A DNA stretch of 64,000 bases from Chrysemys picta bellii (taxonomy: Eukaryota), in NCBI RefSeq assembly GCF_011386835.1, contig NC_088792.1:9920001-9984000 (forward strand), written 5' to 3'. The position numbers and the translations under genes are program-made. The notes beneath the pieces were generated by a model. The model ran no database searches. It was not told the origin of the DNA and saw only the letters and a list, made by a program, of their open reading frames with translations. Position 1 is the first letter of the stretch. Every line of letters starts with the position of its first letter. Shown in pieces: positions 24,134 to 36,426 of the stretch.

Positions 24134-26213
24134 CTTTGCACTCATTTGCAGTGCACTTTGCACCTTAAGATGCCACCGGACTCCTTGTTAATTTTGTCAT
24201 AGTTTTCTTAGGAATAATGTGACTTTAGCTCCATTTCACATCTGAATATTGAGTTGTACATAAGGTTAAGAATAAAGGATTGTTTTCAATTCTTAGACTT
24301 GGTTTAGTTCATAATCCTGCCAATTCATACAGATCCCCATTCTGCAACTGCTTCCGAGACATGTTGTTAATGGGGTTTCTCACGTGGAGCAGGTACAGAA
24401 TTAGGCCTGTAAACAGAATGGCCAAGAGTATAACAAAGGTTTTCTCATGAGATATTACCACAGAGCCAAAGTATGCTGAATATGTGCAGTGGGATACTGT
24501 CAGTATCTGTGTTTTAAAGATTAGCACTTTGCTTGCATAATGCATGAAGGTCTTTTCATGATATGACCCGATAAGAGTTAGTTTGTGCAGTCAAAAGAGT
24601 CAGGAAATCTAGATTCTGTTCCTAGTCCTGACATGGAATATCTGCCTAGGCTTGGAAAACTCTCTTATGTCAAACTTTAGGAACTAAAACAGGCATGTAA
24701 ATGTTCTGATTTTCAGAGTCAGTGGTAGTTGTAGCACCTCTGAAAAACAAGTCACTTTCACTTAGAGGCCTAATAGACTTGGGCACCTCATTTGGGGTAC
24801 TAAAGTTTGATAATGTTGGCTGTACCCACTCTGTGCCTCAACTTTGCCATGTGTAAAATGGGGCTAATACTTCAGTTAAGAACCTTAGAGGCATGTGGTA
24901 ATTTCTGAAGGTTTATTAGATTGTTTGAGATCCTCCAATGAAAGATAAGTGAATGTATTAATAGTAACAAGTTTCTTCTTGATTGGCAGGTATGAAGACA
25001 AGGACAGAAAAGGACATGGGTAAAGTTGTATGAAAACTCTTGTTCTCATATAGTATGCCTCCTTCACCTCCAAAGCAGGCAAAATTCCCATACTCAAATT
25101 CTGAATTTCACTTGCATAGCTTGAGGAAAAAAATGGATGACGGGGATGACCACTAAACTGCTTGTTTACTAATTTAACTGAAACATAATTCTCCAACTCT
25201 GCCATCTTGATCTTACATACTAGATAGGAGGAAAAGATTTTGAAAAATAAACACTGGTAACTAATCATTACATTTTAAAAGGTTTACAGCTGGAATTTTT
25301 CTTTAAAAGTCGTGTCTGGTACATTGGCAATAAAATTTGGTGGCTCTCAACTTAAAAATCATTCAATTAAAGGGACAATGTCAATATCTCTTGCTTGTCA
25401 AGACTATGTCCCTGAAATGCTCTGTAACTATATTTATTTGCTAGTTTTGCTTCTGCTAGAGTAAGAAAGTTCCAGCATTGCTTCCTTAAGAAAATGCAGA
25501 GCACTTTTATGAAGATGTGTAATGATGTGTCCAGGATCTGCACGCCACACAACTTGGCATGATTTGACACAAATGGGAATCTATGTCTCAGAAAGGACTG
25601 ACGCCGGAAAGCAGGAGGGTTGCATATCAGGACAGAAGTGCATTGACAGAGCTGTGCTGTGGGAAAACCTTGCACAGTGTCTTTCCATGCGATGCTTGAC
25701 ACAGCCTAGTGCTGTTGGTTTTTCACGCTCATGAACACCAACTTCATTCACAATTTAAAATGTAGGGTTTGTTTGTTTTTCTGGGCTGAGTGAATTTTGT
25801 GCTGGTGAAAGGTGTCAGACTTGCAGCCCTGCACAGTGTGAAAACTTCTTTTTACCTGCTGAATAATTACAGCAATGGCAGTGGTAGTTTACCCCCAAAC
25901 TGTCCCACCAATGTACCTCAATCCTGATCTGCAGGGACCTCCTCTATGGGCAGATCCACGGACAGCCTGCATGTCCCTCAGTCCTTGGTTTCTCTATTAT
26001 AACTACAAACCAGGGCAATAGTTGGCAATGGGCACATAAATTCACTGGAGCTGAGACTAGAACTCTCATTTGACATAAGTCACTGTTCAATCCTCTCATG
26101 GTAACACTTTCAGTCACTAATAACCTGGGCTAAATTTCAACCAGTGTTCTAGAGATGAACGGTTCCCCTGGGCAATGCAGTCCTCTAAAACTCCATGTTA
26201 AAATAAGCCATCT

Positions 26214-26304
26214 GTCTTGGATGGCTAGACACAACAAATCCTGTATCTGGGCTTAGACTAGATGACCCTTGTGGTCCCTTCTAACCTTATGGTTCTATTA
26301 TTCT
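26214..26304 (+). mobile_element. CR1 LINE extreme 3' tail
   Basis: ctagatgacccttgtggtcccttctaaccttatggttctattattcta; similar to 6150-6238. Confidence 0.7.
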
Positions 26305-26549
26305 AAACCTCATGCAAGAGGAATAACAATACCTATGCCACCCCATTGGCTTCAGTGTGGCATGATCGTGGTTTCCGTGTTCAGAGTTTATCATCAGTTC
26401 TAAAGTTCACATCTGGGTCCTAATCCAGATATGCTCAAAGACCATGTGAAGAATGAAAGGGCATCTGGTTCTGACTCATCCCTGATGTAAATAGCTTCCA
26501 TGATCACACTTGTCATTTTGGCCTTTGACTCCCCCTTTCTCTTTTTCAG

Positions 26550-26587
26550 AGTTGGAATCTCTATCCACCCTCCTGAACCAAGGAAAG
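26550..26587 (+). CDS. OBSCN: OBSCN exon 14 (predicted): 38-nt microexon (GVGISIHPPEPRK)
   Basis: Very strong pyrimidine tract ccccctttctctttttcag, AAG|GTAGGA donor; phase 2-1 exactly restores frame between exons 13 and 15. Confidence 0.65.
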
Positions 26588-27502
26588 GTAGGAGAAGCTG
26601 CTTTAGCTGGAGACTCATGACCTCCACATCTATAGTTAAGGTTGCCAATGTGTTTCCATTATAACCTTCTGTTTTCAATTCCTTAGAACTTTTTGAAATT
26701 CTGAAATACACACTTTTCTCATTACAAAATACTTTTGTCACCTTTTTTGGAACAACTGTTTGGCTTGGAAGGACATCAGGCTGTGCTCCAGGCATTCCTG
26801 GCCAGTCTAGCTGTCTAAAAAATGTACCCAAGGTTTGCACATTGAGGATACAATTTATCTCTATGCAGAAGACCAGCATAAGGAATAGTCAGCTATTGAA
26901 TCCCATATAATTCTTCAAAATGGAGCCTAAATAGAACTTAAGTGGTTTTTAGGCCTCATGCCAACTGTACAGGGGTGAATTTCAGCCTGAGGGAGGCAAG
27001 ACTCCATAGGAATGCACAGGTAAAGTGCATTCCCACAAGGGAGCAGAGTTAAGGTTTTTACACCACACCAATCACTCTGGAATCTAAGCACTGTTCTGTA
27101 CAACCTTAACTCTGCCCCCTTCTGCAGTATCAGCTAGCCCTTAATTGCATGATCACATACTATTTTGTCTGCAGGACACTGCATCATTTGTTGCATAGGT
27201 CGAATGGTCCACAGGGAATAAAGCAGCTGTTCAATATTTATTTTTATCATTACTGTTCAATGAGTGGATTCCTGCCTCAGTCACTACATGCTACCCATCC
27301 TATCCACTGAGAGGCTGTGTTCCCTGTAGAGGTGACTCTCCACTGTGTCTGGTGGGGAGTGTGAACTCCAAATTGTTCTTGTCTGGACACCATAGCATCA
27401 CTGACATCAGTTTCAGAAGGACAAGTCAGTCATGTCTGGTTCATTGGAATGGACTTTCAGATGACATACTACAGACTTGATAGCGTGTTCTCCCTTTTCT
27501 AG

Positions 27503-27640
27503 GAGAGCTTGTAGAAGGCGAGGCTGATAAAGAAGGTGTGTCCAGAAGTCACATTTCATTAGCTGATGTTGGAACAGAAGAATTCCTCCAGAAACTCACC
27601 TCCCATATCACAGAAATGGTGTCTGCAAAAATAAGTCAGG
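27503..27640 (+). CDS. OBSCN: OBSCN exon 15 (…HISLADVGTEEFLQKLTSHITEMVSAKISQ)
   Basis: cttttctag acceptor, GTAAGC donor; matches recalled human HLSLAEVGTEEFLQKLTSQITEMVSAKITQ; 138 nt. Confidence 0.93.
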
Positions 27641-28404
27641 GTAAGCGCTTGGCAAGTGTGAATACAAAGCAGAGCAGTCAATCTTCAGGTTTGGGTTGAG
27701 TTTTAAATCTCATCTATGAAACAATTATTTTGCACATAATAATAACAATAATAATATAACACTAATAAGAGATTCATCAGATAGAGCTCAATCCCCTGAC
27801 TTTTCTTTATGCTGTTTCTGGAACTTTCCAGGAAAGTTAGCATCTAGAGTTGAAAAGGGACTTTTCCATACAGGCATGAACTTTCAGTTTTGTTTTAGTG
27901 AAAATACAAATTGAATAAATTTTCACATATTTTTCAAATGTTTTACCACATTTGTGAATTACTAGACTAAAGAGGATTAAGCCAGTGGATTAAGCACGTG
28001 TCTGAGGGGCAAGAACTCCTGAGCATTAATCTCTGCCCTGCCATTACTTGCCATGTAGCCTTGAGCACATCATTTATCCTCTCTTAATCATAGTTTCTTC
28101 ACCTGTAAAATGGGGTTAATGATATTTGCATATCCACTTCACCAGAGTGTTGTGAGGGTTAATTAGGTAGCGCTGTGAACAATATGAACCCCATATAAGT
28201 ACTAACTACTGATTATTATTACCAAAGCTATGTAGGCCAAAATTTCATTGACATTGACACTGCTCCACACCACCCTGGCAGTATAAATAGGCCTCAAAAT
28301 GGCAGTAGGTTATATTTACGTGCACTTTCAGGCCCCATATATATGACTAGGGAGATATAATGTGGCCTTCATGTAAATGAGAATTAGGTCCATATGAAAG
28401 TTTG

Positions 28405-28613
28405 AGCAACAGAGGGTCCTGTGGCACATTTAAGACTAACAGAAGTATTGGGAGCATAAGCTTTCGTGGGTAAGAACCTCACTTCTTCAGATGCAAGTGA
28501 GGTTCTTACCCACAAAAGCTCATGCTCCCAATACTTCTGTTAGTCTTAAAGGTGCCACAGGACCCTCTGTTGCTTTTTACAGATTCAGACTAACACGGTT
28601 ACCCCTCTGATAC
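28405..28613. mobile_element. Penelope-like element terminal fragment forming an 80-bp inverted repeat
   Basis: Arms 28405-28484 and 28495-28574 with a 10-nt spacer; 11-bp TSD ATGAAAGTTTG at 28394-28404 and 28614-28624. Confidence 0.88.
28454..28494 (-). ncRNA. Minimal type-I hammerhead ribozyme-like motif (canonical CUGAAGA core)
   Basis: Reverse strand GCAU-CUGAAGA-A-GUGAG-guucuua-CCCAC-GAAA-GCUU-AUGC; one A-C mismatch in stem II. Confidence 0.65.
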
Positions 28614-28943
28614 ATGAAAGTTTGAATCATTCATAGTTATGTTGCTCTTCCAACAGTGTTTGAATTTACAGTAATGGTATGGGCCCACATGCTGCTATGT
28701 TATCTCTCTACAGTCCGACTGAAGTAAATCATGTAATCTCAGGGACTTCAAATGCCCAATATGCATGTGTCATCATAATTATTAACAGGAGCTCATGTAC
28801 TGGATGATGCAAGAGGTCTGTCCTGGGGGTATTTGATTTTGTGAAGATTTAAAAAAAATCCTATGGATTTGAACCCTATTTGATTTTCACAAGAGAGCAG
28901 TCTCTCATCTGTGTACCTGTTTCCCCACTGTTCTTCATTTCAG

Positions 28944-29083
28944 CCACGCTTCGAGTGCCTGGAGCAGACAGTGATGACGAATCGAAGACGCCATCCCCAT
29001 CTCCACGCCATGGCAGATCTCGACCTTCATCAATAGTTCAGGAGTCTTCCTCTGAATCTGAGGATGGGGATTCTAGAGGGGAG
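28944..29083 (+). CDS. OBSCN: OBSCN exon 16: Ser-rich linker (ATLRVPGADSDDESKTPSPSPRHGRSRPSS...DSRGE)
   Basis: tttcag acceptor, GAG|GTACAG donor; 140 nt, phase 1-0. Confidence 0.94.
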
Positions 29084-29682
29084 GTACAGTGCACACATGA
29101 ATAAACATCACACAAGTGCTTACTAGGAGAAAGGATTAATCATTCTGAATAAATGAATCTAGGGTATTTTAAGGGTTTCCATCTTAAAATGGTGTCAGTG
29201 GTTTAAGGTGTATGGTCTAATAAATGGAATACAGGACTAAGAGTATCAATCCATGCTTTCGCACCCAGGGCATGGTCTCAAACAGGTTGCGTAGGTCAAC
29301 GTTTTCAGTGGCTTCTGTTAATTTTGGGGTCTCAAGTTTTGGTTGCTCAACTTGAGACACTCCGGGCTTGACTTTCTAAGGTGCTGAGCACTCACAACTC
29401 CAAGTGATGTCAATGGGAACTACAGGAATTCAGCACTTCTGAAAATCAGGGCCTGGGTATCTCAAGTTGGGCCACTCAAGTTAGTGGACATTTTTTAAAA
29501 AATTCAGCCTTAACGTTTTTGAATTTCAGTTTTCCATCTGTAAAATGGAGGTAATGCTTCTCTTCAATCCTCCAGGGATGGGGGGGATGAAGGATTTAAC
29601 ACGGGTAAAATGCCTGCTTGCTATTGCTATTATCATAACCTCGCTTTCATGCACACAAATAACTCTCATTTCATGCTTGTAG

Positions 29683-29883
29683 ATTTTTGACATCTACATG
29701 GTCACGGCTGACTATGTGCCCGTTGGCGCTGACAGGGAAGTCATCACTCTGAAAGAAGGGCAGTATGTGGAAGTCCTTGACTCTGCTCACCCTCTAAAGT
29801 GGCTAGTCAGGACCAAACCCACTAAATCCAGCCCCTCTCGGCAGGGATGGGTGTCTCCGGCTTATCTGGACAAGAAATTAAAG
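29683..29883 (+). CDS. OBSCN: OBSCN exon 17: SH3 domain
   Basis: ttgtag acceptor, AAG|GTGATC donor; [11 protein letters not shown]...[42 protein letters not shown]; 201 nt. Confidence 0.96.
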
Positions 29884-31807
29884 GTGATCCATCTTCCTTG
29901 TTTTATTTTTTTATGGAAACTGTTTCCTTTGCATGGTAGAGCAGTTCCCTGCTTGCTCCGGCTGTCTGAGTTTCCATGAGGGCAATTCTACTCTGAAAAG
30001 GGAGTGCAAAGGGACATTTTTACATACTCATCAGCTCTGCTCCCTCTACCTAGCTAGAGTCCTGTCCTCTGACTTCAATGACAACTGTGAGCTGGAATCT
30101 AGTCTGGTGTATCATTAATAGAATTATTTACCAAAATCCAGTCATGTATATTTGTGTTACCCGCCCCACCTCCAAGGTTGTACAGGTGTCACCAAGGGCA
30201 TAACTGGAAGGAGAGTGGGTCAAAAAAAGTCAGCAAAACTTTCCTCCATCAAAAATGCTGCTTCATCAAAACCAAAATGTTTTGCAGAAACATAACGATT
30301 TTGACTAAATTTTCACTGAGAAGGATTCTCAGGTCGAGGGTGGAATTTCTGGTCACAGCATGAGTCTCGATAGCCCAGAGAGAGACCCAAATCAGGCAGA
30401 GCAGGGACCTGTGCACTGCTCTCCCACATCCGAGGGGAGTGCCCTAACCACTGGGGGTATTAGCTATGCTGGGGTTGCTCCGATGTAACTCATGGGCTTA
30501 TTTGACCTGCAGAAGCCCAGCTGATGGTGAGTAAGACGGAAAGAACCCAGCTTGACAGTCAGATCTCAAGTTGCATTTGCAGAGCTGGCAGTTGGAAAGG
30601 CCATATTTTTATTTGTAAATTGAGCGCGTTTGACCGGGAGTCACAGATCTAATACACTCGGAGACCTATCATGCCTTGTTACACGGTAGTTTGTCATGGT
30701 ATAATGGTACTTTTAAATTCTCAGCCCTCCTGCATTTAAGCAACAGCGTTCCATTGCCCCCAAAGGAAACATGGGTCTCCCCAGTTTGGGATGTTTTATA
30801 CAGAGAAACAACACTGCTCCGTATTCCTTCTTCCAAACCAAACCCTTCTTCTTGGAGACAGGCTGCCCTTGCCCATTGCCCCTTCCTGTTTTATCATCTC
30901 TGTAAGACAAGTTATCATTCCTAATCATGGTAGATTCCCCTGCGCTTCCCCGTGTTCCCAGCTACGCACTTGTGTAGCCACAGCCCTCTCTTCCGCTTGT
31001 ATTGGCATATATTTATTAATTTAATGTTGTTTAAAAAATGTGCATATTTAACTAGTCTCATGAGATGGGCTGTTTGCTTTTTACACCGAATTAAGGCAAT
31101 AAGAGTCAAGAGTTCTTCAGTCTGAAATAACACATGTGCCTGATTCAATGAAAAGGTTGCATATTTGGGGCTAGAACCCCAAAGTCCATCGATCCAGTTT
31201 CTTATATTGGCACCCATCACCATAATCTCCGCTTCCACTATCCCTTTGGCCTTGAAGCACTTTCAGGTTAAGTGACAGAGTGGAGGTTCCCACGGAACAA
31301 ATCCAGTTCAGTTGTCAGTGGGAACCAAACCTGGGACCTTCAGCACCAAAAAGCACAACCCCCCACCACATGAGCTTCAGAGCTAACTCCATCAGCTGTA
31401 TGTACCAGTCTGCTATTCTTCATGGGCCCAGCTACCAGAAGGTGGGCAAGATGATCCTGGACACTCAGTCATGGACATGTGGATTCATTGTTCTGTAAAA
31501 GATCTTCCCTAGCCTTTCTCTCCCTCCCAGAGCCAGAAGAGGCTCCCAGTGCAAGCCCTGCCCCAAGTAGCACCGTTTGAAACCCTGAGGGTGTTACTGT
31601 CTGGCAGTGATCTACAGCTTTGCTACTGGCAGATTATGAACCTTTACAAAAATGGCTTTTTCTGGCTGTGGCCTTGGTTAGGGACAGAAACAAGCTGCAT
31701 GTGACAGCGCCGTGCCTGAAGTTACCCTGCAAACACACTCCAGTTACATGATACAGACATTCCTGCTCTGTTCCTTAGAGAACTGATGTTTCCTGTTTGT
31801 CTGTTAG

Positions 31808-31890
31808 TTGTCACCGGAGTGGGGTGCATCGGAAGCTCCCGAGTTCCCTGGAGACTCTGTTTCAGAAGACGAATATAAAAAGAAGCTGAG
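31808..31890 (+). CDS. OBSCN: OBSCN exon 18: SH3-DH linker (LSPEWGASEAPEFPGDSVSEDEYKKKL)
   Basis: tgttag acceptor, AG|GTGAGC donor; 83 nt, phase 0-2. Confidence 0.93.
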
Positions 31891-32314
31891 GTGAGCACTT
31901 TTTGATTTGCACTGCTGCCATTAGGGATAGTGCCAGGTGAACAAACAGGGACGCTTGGGTCTGAGGCTTCTCCCAAAGGATCCACACATTCCATTTGCGC
32001 CTCCAGGACTGTATGATGAAAGCCCAATTTCTTTGCTGCTAACCCCCCCCACACCCCCGCTCCCCTCTCCCAGAGTCCAGCTAAGCTCTTGAGGTTTCCA
32101 ACCTACAGTAGGTTTTAAACATTTGAATTCTAAGTCGCTATTGATTTAGGTTTGAGGAGCTACCGTGTGCTCTAAACCAGCTTGGGAGCAAGATTTGTTT
32201 TCTTGTCCAATCTGCTTGTTCCTTGCATACTGCCATGTGGCTGAATAGTTAACTGCTAAGGCTCTGCAGTCCCTTCCAGTATAACTAGTTCTGCCCTGCG
32301 GGTGCTCTATCTCA

Positions 32315-32609
32315 GGGCACGTCTTCACTACCCGCCGAATCGGCGGGTAGCAATTGATCTATTGGGGATCGACTTATCGCATCTAGTGAAGACGCGATAA
32401 AATCGATCCCCGATGGCTCTTCCGTTGACTCCGGAAATCCACCGTGGCAAGAGGCAGAAGCGGAGTCGACAGCGGCGCGGCAGCGGTCGACTCGCTGCCG
32501 TCCTCACAGCCAGGTAAGTCGACCTAAAATACGTCACTTCAGCTACGCTATTCACGTAGCTGAAGTTGCATATCTTAGGTTGACCCCCCCCTGTAATGTA
32601 GACCTAGCC
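32315..32609 (+). mobile_element. PIF/Harbinger-like MITE, copy 2, nested in a SINE tail
   Basis: TIRs gggcacgtcttcacta / taatgtagacctagcc; TSD TCA at 32312-32314 and 32610-32612. Confidence 0.82.
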
Positions 32610-32610
32610 T

Positions 32611-32768
32611 CATAGAACTGGAAGGGACCTTGAAAGGTCATTGAGTCCAGTCCCCTGCCTTCACTAGCAGGACCAAGTACCATCCCTGACAGATTTTTGC
32701 CCCAGATCCCTAAATGGCCCCCTCAAGGATTGAACTCACAACCCTGGGTTTAGCAGGCCAATGTTCAA
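32611..32768 (-). mobile_element. Tortoise-type tRNA-derived SINE (5'-truncated)
   Basis: Reverse complement of 55780-55925 copy, with B box GAGTTCAATCC and CR1-like tail. Confidence 0.85.
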
Positions 32769-33206
32769 TATAATACATAAAGGGAGAGCTGAAGGGTAGC
32801 ATGTAAGGGCCATATGCAGTCTTCCAGCACTGCCAGTGTGGTCCAGCACCGTGCAGCTCTGCAGTAGAAATATTTACCACACCGCAGCATGGGAACTGTG
32901 CCGCAGCTACTCTTCTTGAATCCTCTTGTCACTCAGAGTTAACATGGAGAAAAGCAGCCGCAGCCTCATTCTGGTTATTAGTTACATCCCTAATGCTGTG
33001 CACTGACCAGTGTAGTCTTCTCTCTGAGGACCTGATCCTATGAGGTGCTGAACACCCTGAGTCTGCTTAACTTCAGGGCCAGTCGAGGTGCGCAGCGCAC
33101 TGCAGCTGGGGCCCTGAAGGAACAGAGCCTGCCTCTCTTGGAAATCAGCACGTCAAGAACAATATTTGTAATTGTTCTGCCCTTTGTCTGTTTGTCTTTT
33201 CTTTAG

Positions 33207-33380
33207 CCTCATCATTCAGGAACTGTTGAACTCTGAGGAGGAGTTTGTCAAAGATCTGCAGTTCCTCCAGACCCATCACCTCCAGTATATAGAGAGCTGT
33301 CCAGATGTTCCAGAAACTGTTGCCAGTCAGAAATCTACTATCTTCAGAAATGTCAGTGCTATTGCGAGCTTCCATTCCAA
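33207..33380 (+). CDS. OBSCN: OBSCN exon 19: RhoGEF (DH) domain start
   Basis: ctttag acceptor, GTAGGT donor; IIQELLNSEEEFVKDLQFLQTHHL...IFRNVSAIASFHS; 174 nt. Confidence 0.95.
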
Positions 33381-34663
33381 GTAGGTATACCTGGACGCAT
33401 TACAGATAAATTAATATCTTGCAGTGTTAGTGACAAAATTGCTGTGGTTATGAGGCATACCATGGAAAGTGGGAAATGCTAAGATGGAAGGGAGTGGATG
33501 AGAATTTTAGTAGACAAGAGCAAGAACACAGGAATGGGAATTGGAAAGTAATAGTAGTTATTACAATCCCAGAATTTTAAAATTCTCTTGTTCTGCTGAG
33601 CATTTTTTGCCCTGCCAGGCGAATTTCATTGAATAACTATAAAATTCCTATAAAATACACAGCCCCTTCTCTCAGGGGAGGTGGTTCTTTAAGACTCCAA
33701 CACTGTATTTAAGGACTGAGATAACCAGTGTAGATCCAATACCTACTTTGAATGACCCAGTTGTATTCACAAGGGGTCAAATTGTGGCACATTGTTGTTT
33801 TACAGTTAAAAGGGGGCAAAAAATAATGCTTGTAATGCACTTACGTTCTGGCCATCCTGCAAAAGCTAAGCACACTGTCAGCACAGATTTCTTCTTCCAG
33901 CAGCCTGAACAATCTGATCAGAAGGGGGCATAAAATGTGCAGGCCACAACCCTGGCCTCTAAGCACCATCCCAGAATGCCTCCATATGGCTGAAGATGCT
34001 GAGGGCCTGTTGAGTGTGAACTCCATGACTTTACAGGCAGCTGGGAGTTTACACAACTGTTGTGCTCCAAAACATTCAGGGGAGGAAACGACTGCTCCAG
34101 AGTCCGTATTGAGACCACCTACTAAATGTTCAACCCCTTGCACAATGTTCCTTTCAAATGTAGCCAAGCTACCTAGCCATCAACCCAGACACAGCCCCTC
34201 TCCATGGAGGAGAGATTTACCTCAAATGCAGTGCTCACAAAACAACTTCCCTTCATCCTGGCCAAATTCTTCTCTTGGTTCAGGGAAAGGAGGGGAAATC
34301 TTCCCGCACCCACTCAGGGAATTCAGGGACATTCAAATTGAGGCACAGGTTCCAACTCCCTGCTCCAGTCTGAGCCCCTGAGAACTTCTCTTCCTTTGTC
34401 TCCCGCATTTCTTAAATTCAAGCCAGCCAGTAGGGTCTTCTGCCTAAATTTCAGGTCTGATGAGGTATTTGCCCAGTGGCATTTAAAGTTTTACCTCTGG
34501 GTACGATTGCAGCTCTGACAACACAGATCACTTCATCAAGCTGGATTAAACTGGGATCATGTGTATTTAGGTGTAGAGCTCTGGTGAGGTACTTGCCTCA
34601 TCTGTGTTCTATTTTCTCTGTGCCAGCTTCTTCTCAGATGTCCCTCTTTCTCCACCTCCACAG

Positions 34664-34823
34664 CTCCTTCTTCCCCGAGCTGCAGAAATGTGACACTGAT
34701 GACGACGTGGCTATGTGCTTCATTAAGAACGAGGAGGACTTTGATAAGTACATCCAGTATCTGGTGGGGCGGATACAGGCTGAGTCTGTCATTCTCAGCA
34801 AAGCCATTCAGGAGTTCTACAAG
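34664..34823 (+). CDS. OBSCN: OBSCN exon 20: DH domain
   Basis: ccacag acceptor, AAG|GTACCA donor; SFFPELQKCDTDDDVAMCFIKNEEDFDKYIQYLVGRIQAESV; 160 nt. Confidence 0.95.
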
Positions 34824-35222
34824 GTACCATATTAACCAAAGTACATGCCACACAATGGGAATTATAACCCCACTGCTTTATGAAATGCAAAGCCCAATGG
34901 GGGGTCATACCACTGATTATCTAGAGATTCCATTTGGAGTTGCATATATAATATTATAAGAGGATTATTAGATAGGTAGGAAATTATTACAGAACAGGGG
35001 TTAGTAATCTTCACAGTGGGATGAAGCTCTCATTAATGGCAGCAAAATTCAGAGTGCTAGTACTATAAGGAGCCATAGCCACATACATACGTATTGTCAA
35101 GGAGGATCAAACCTAGGACCTTTCATTTGAAAACGCACCCGCTCCTTTAGATCTTACTCATGATCAGCCTGTTTCTGTCTGAGGCCAGCCAGTACTGGGA
35201 GTCTTGATCAATATCTAACCAG

Positions 35223-35826
35223 ATCAGCTATAACATCACCGGCTCATTCACCTGCATGTCCACCAATGTTATCTATGCCATCATGTGCCAGCAATGCCCC
35301 TCTGCTATGTACATTGGCCAAACTGGACAGTCACTACGCAAGAGGATAAATGGACACAAGTCAGATATCAGGAATGGCAATATACAAAAACCTGTAGGAG
35401 AACACTTCAACCTCCCTGGCCACACAATAGCAGATGTAAAGGTAGCCATCTTACAGCAAAAAAACGTCAGGACCAGACTCCAAAGAGAAACTGCTGAGCT
35501 CCAGTTCATTTGCAAATTTGAAACCGTCAGATCAGGATTAAACAAAGACTGTGAATGGCTATCGAACTACAGGAGCAGTTTCTCCTCCCTTGCCGTTCAC
35601 ACCTCAACTGCTAGCAGAGCACCGCACCCTCCCTGATTGAACTAACCTCATTATCTCCATACTGATTTATACCTGCCCCTGGAAATTTCCATTACTTGCA
35701 TCTGATGAAGTGGGCATTCACCCACGAAAGCTTATGCTCCAATACTTCTGTTAGTCTTAAAGGTGCCACAGGACCCTCTGTTGCTTTTTACAGATTCAGA
35801 CTAACATGGCTACCCCTCTGATACTT
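35223..35826 (+). mobile_element. Penelope-like retroelement 3' fragment with uninterrupted GIY-YIG endonuclease frame and terminal repeat
   Basis: Open frame 35223-35636: SFTCMSTNVIYAIMCQQCPSAMYIGQTG...LRKRINGHKSDI...HFNLPGH...RETAELQFICKF (VIY...YIG motif, Cys/His cluster); 5'-truncated. Confidence 0.92.
35698..35737 (+). ncRNA. Minimal type-I hammerhead ribozyme motif, canonical core, sense to OBSCN
   Basis: GCAU-CUGAUGA-A-GUGGG-cauuca-CCCAC-GAAA-GC-UU-AUGC: stem I GCAU/AUGC, stem II GUGGG/CCCAC, palindromic AAGCUU stem III, predicted cleavage after CUU at 35733. Confidence 0.8.
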
Positions 35827-36309
35827 GACACAGACTTTGCAATAATAATTAACAGAATCTGATGAGAGCTATGGTGCCTTTAAGACATACACTGTATGTG
35901 AGCTCAAGGATATAATGTTAGCCAGATGTCTACAGTTAGAGAAAAAAGTGCTGCTCCTTCCCATCATATTTTGTACAATTTTCTAAGCAGCATGTTGCAT
36001 TTTATTATTAATTATAGCATCAACAGTGTGCTGGGTGCCTTACAGGCAAGTAAGAAGACAAAGTCACTGCCCCCAAGCAGCTTACCGAGTAGACAACCAA
36101 CAGGGAAGGGATGCAACAAGAAAGCAAAGTGATAGAGTGGTGAGGCTGCACAGTTTTGGAGGGGATAAAGGATGGTGGGATTTACTCTTTCTTATTATGC
36201 TCAGATTTACTTGCTGGGAAGACTAAGGTATATAGGTCAGTGTTGTGTGATCTTGTCATTTTGGGCCATTTTTGGCATCGCATTCTTTATAGTGTATATT
36301 TCCCCCCAG

Positions 36310-36426
36310 AGATATACAGAGGAAACGTTAGCCAGTGAGGATCCTTCGCAGCCACCTATACCTCCACTGCAGCATTATTTAGAGAGACCCATAAACAGGA
36401 TCCATCAGTATCAAATTATCATCAAG
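36310..36426 (+). CDS. OBSCN: OBSCN exon 21: DH domain
   Basis: tccccccag acceptor, AAG|GTAAGG donor; RYTEETL...PPLQHYLERPINRIHQYQIIIK; 117 nt. Confidence 0.94.

Noticed and set aside
28495-28530. Seventh hammerhead on the plus arm of the 28.4-kb hairpin
   Set aside because: Lacks the CUGANGA core and has AAAA in place of GAAA
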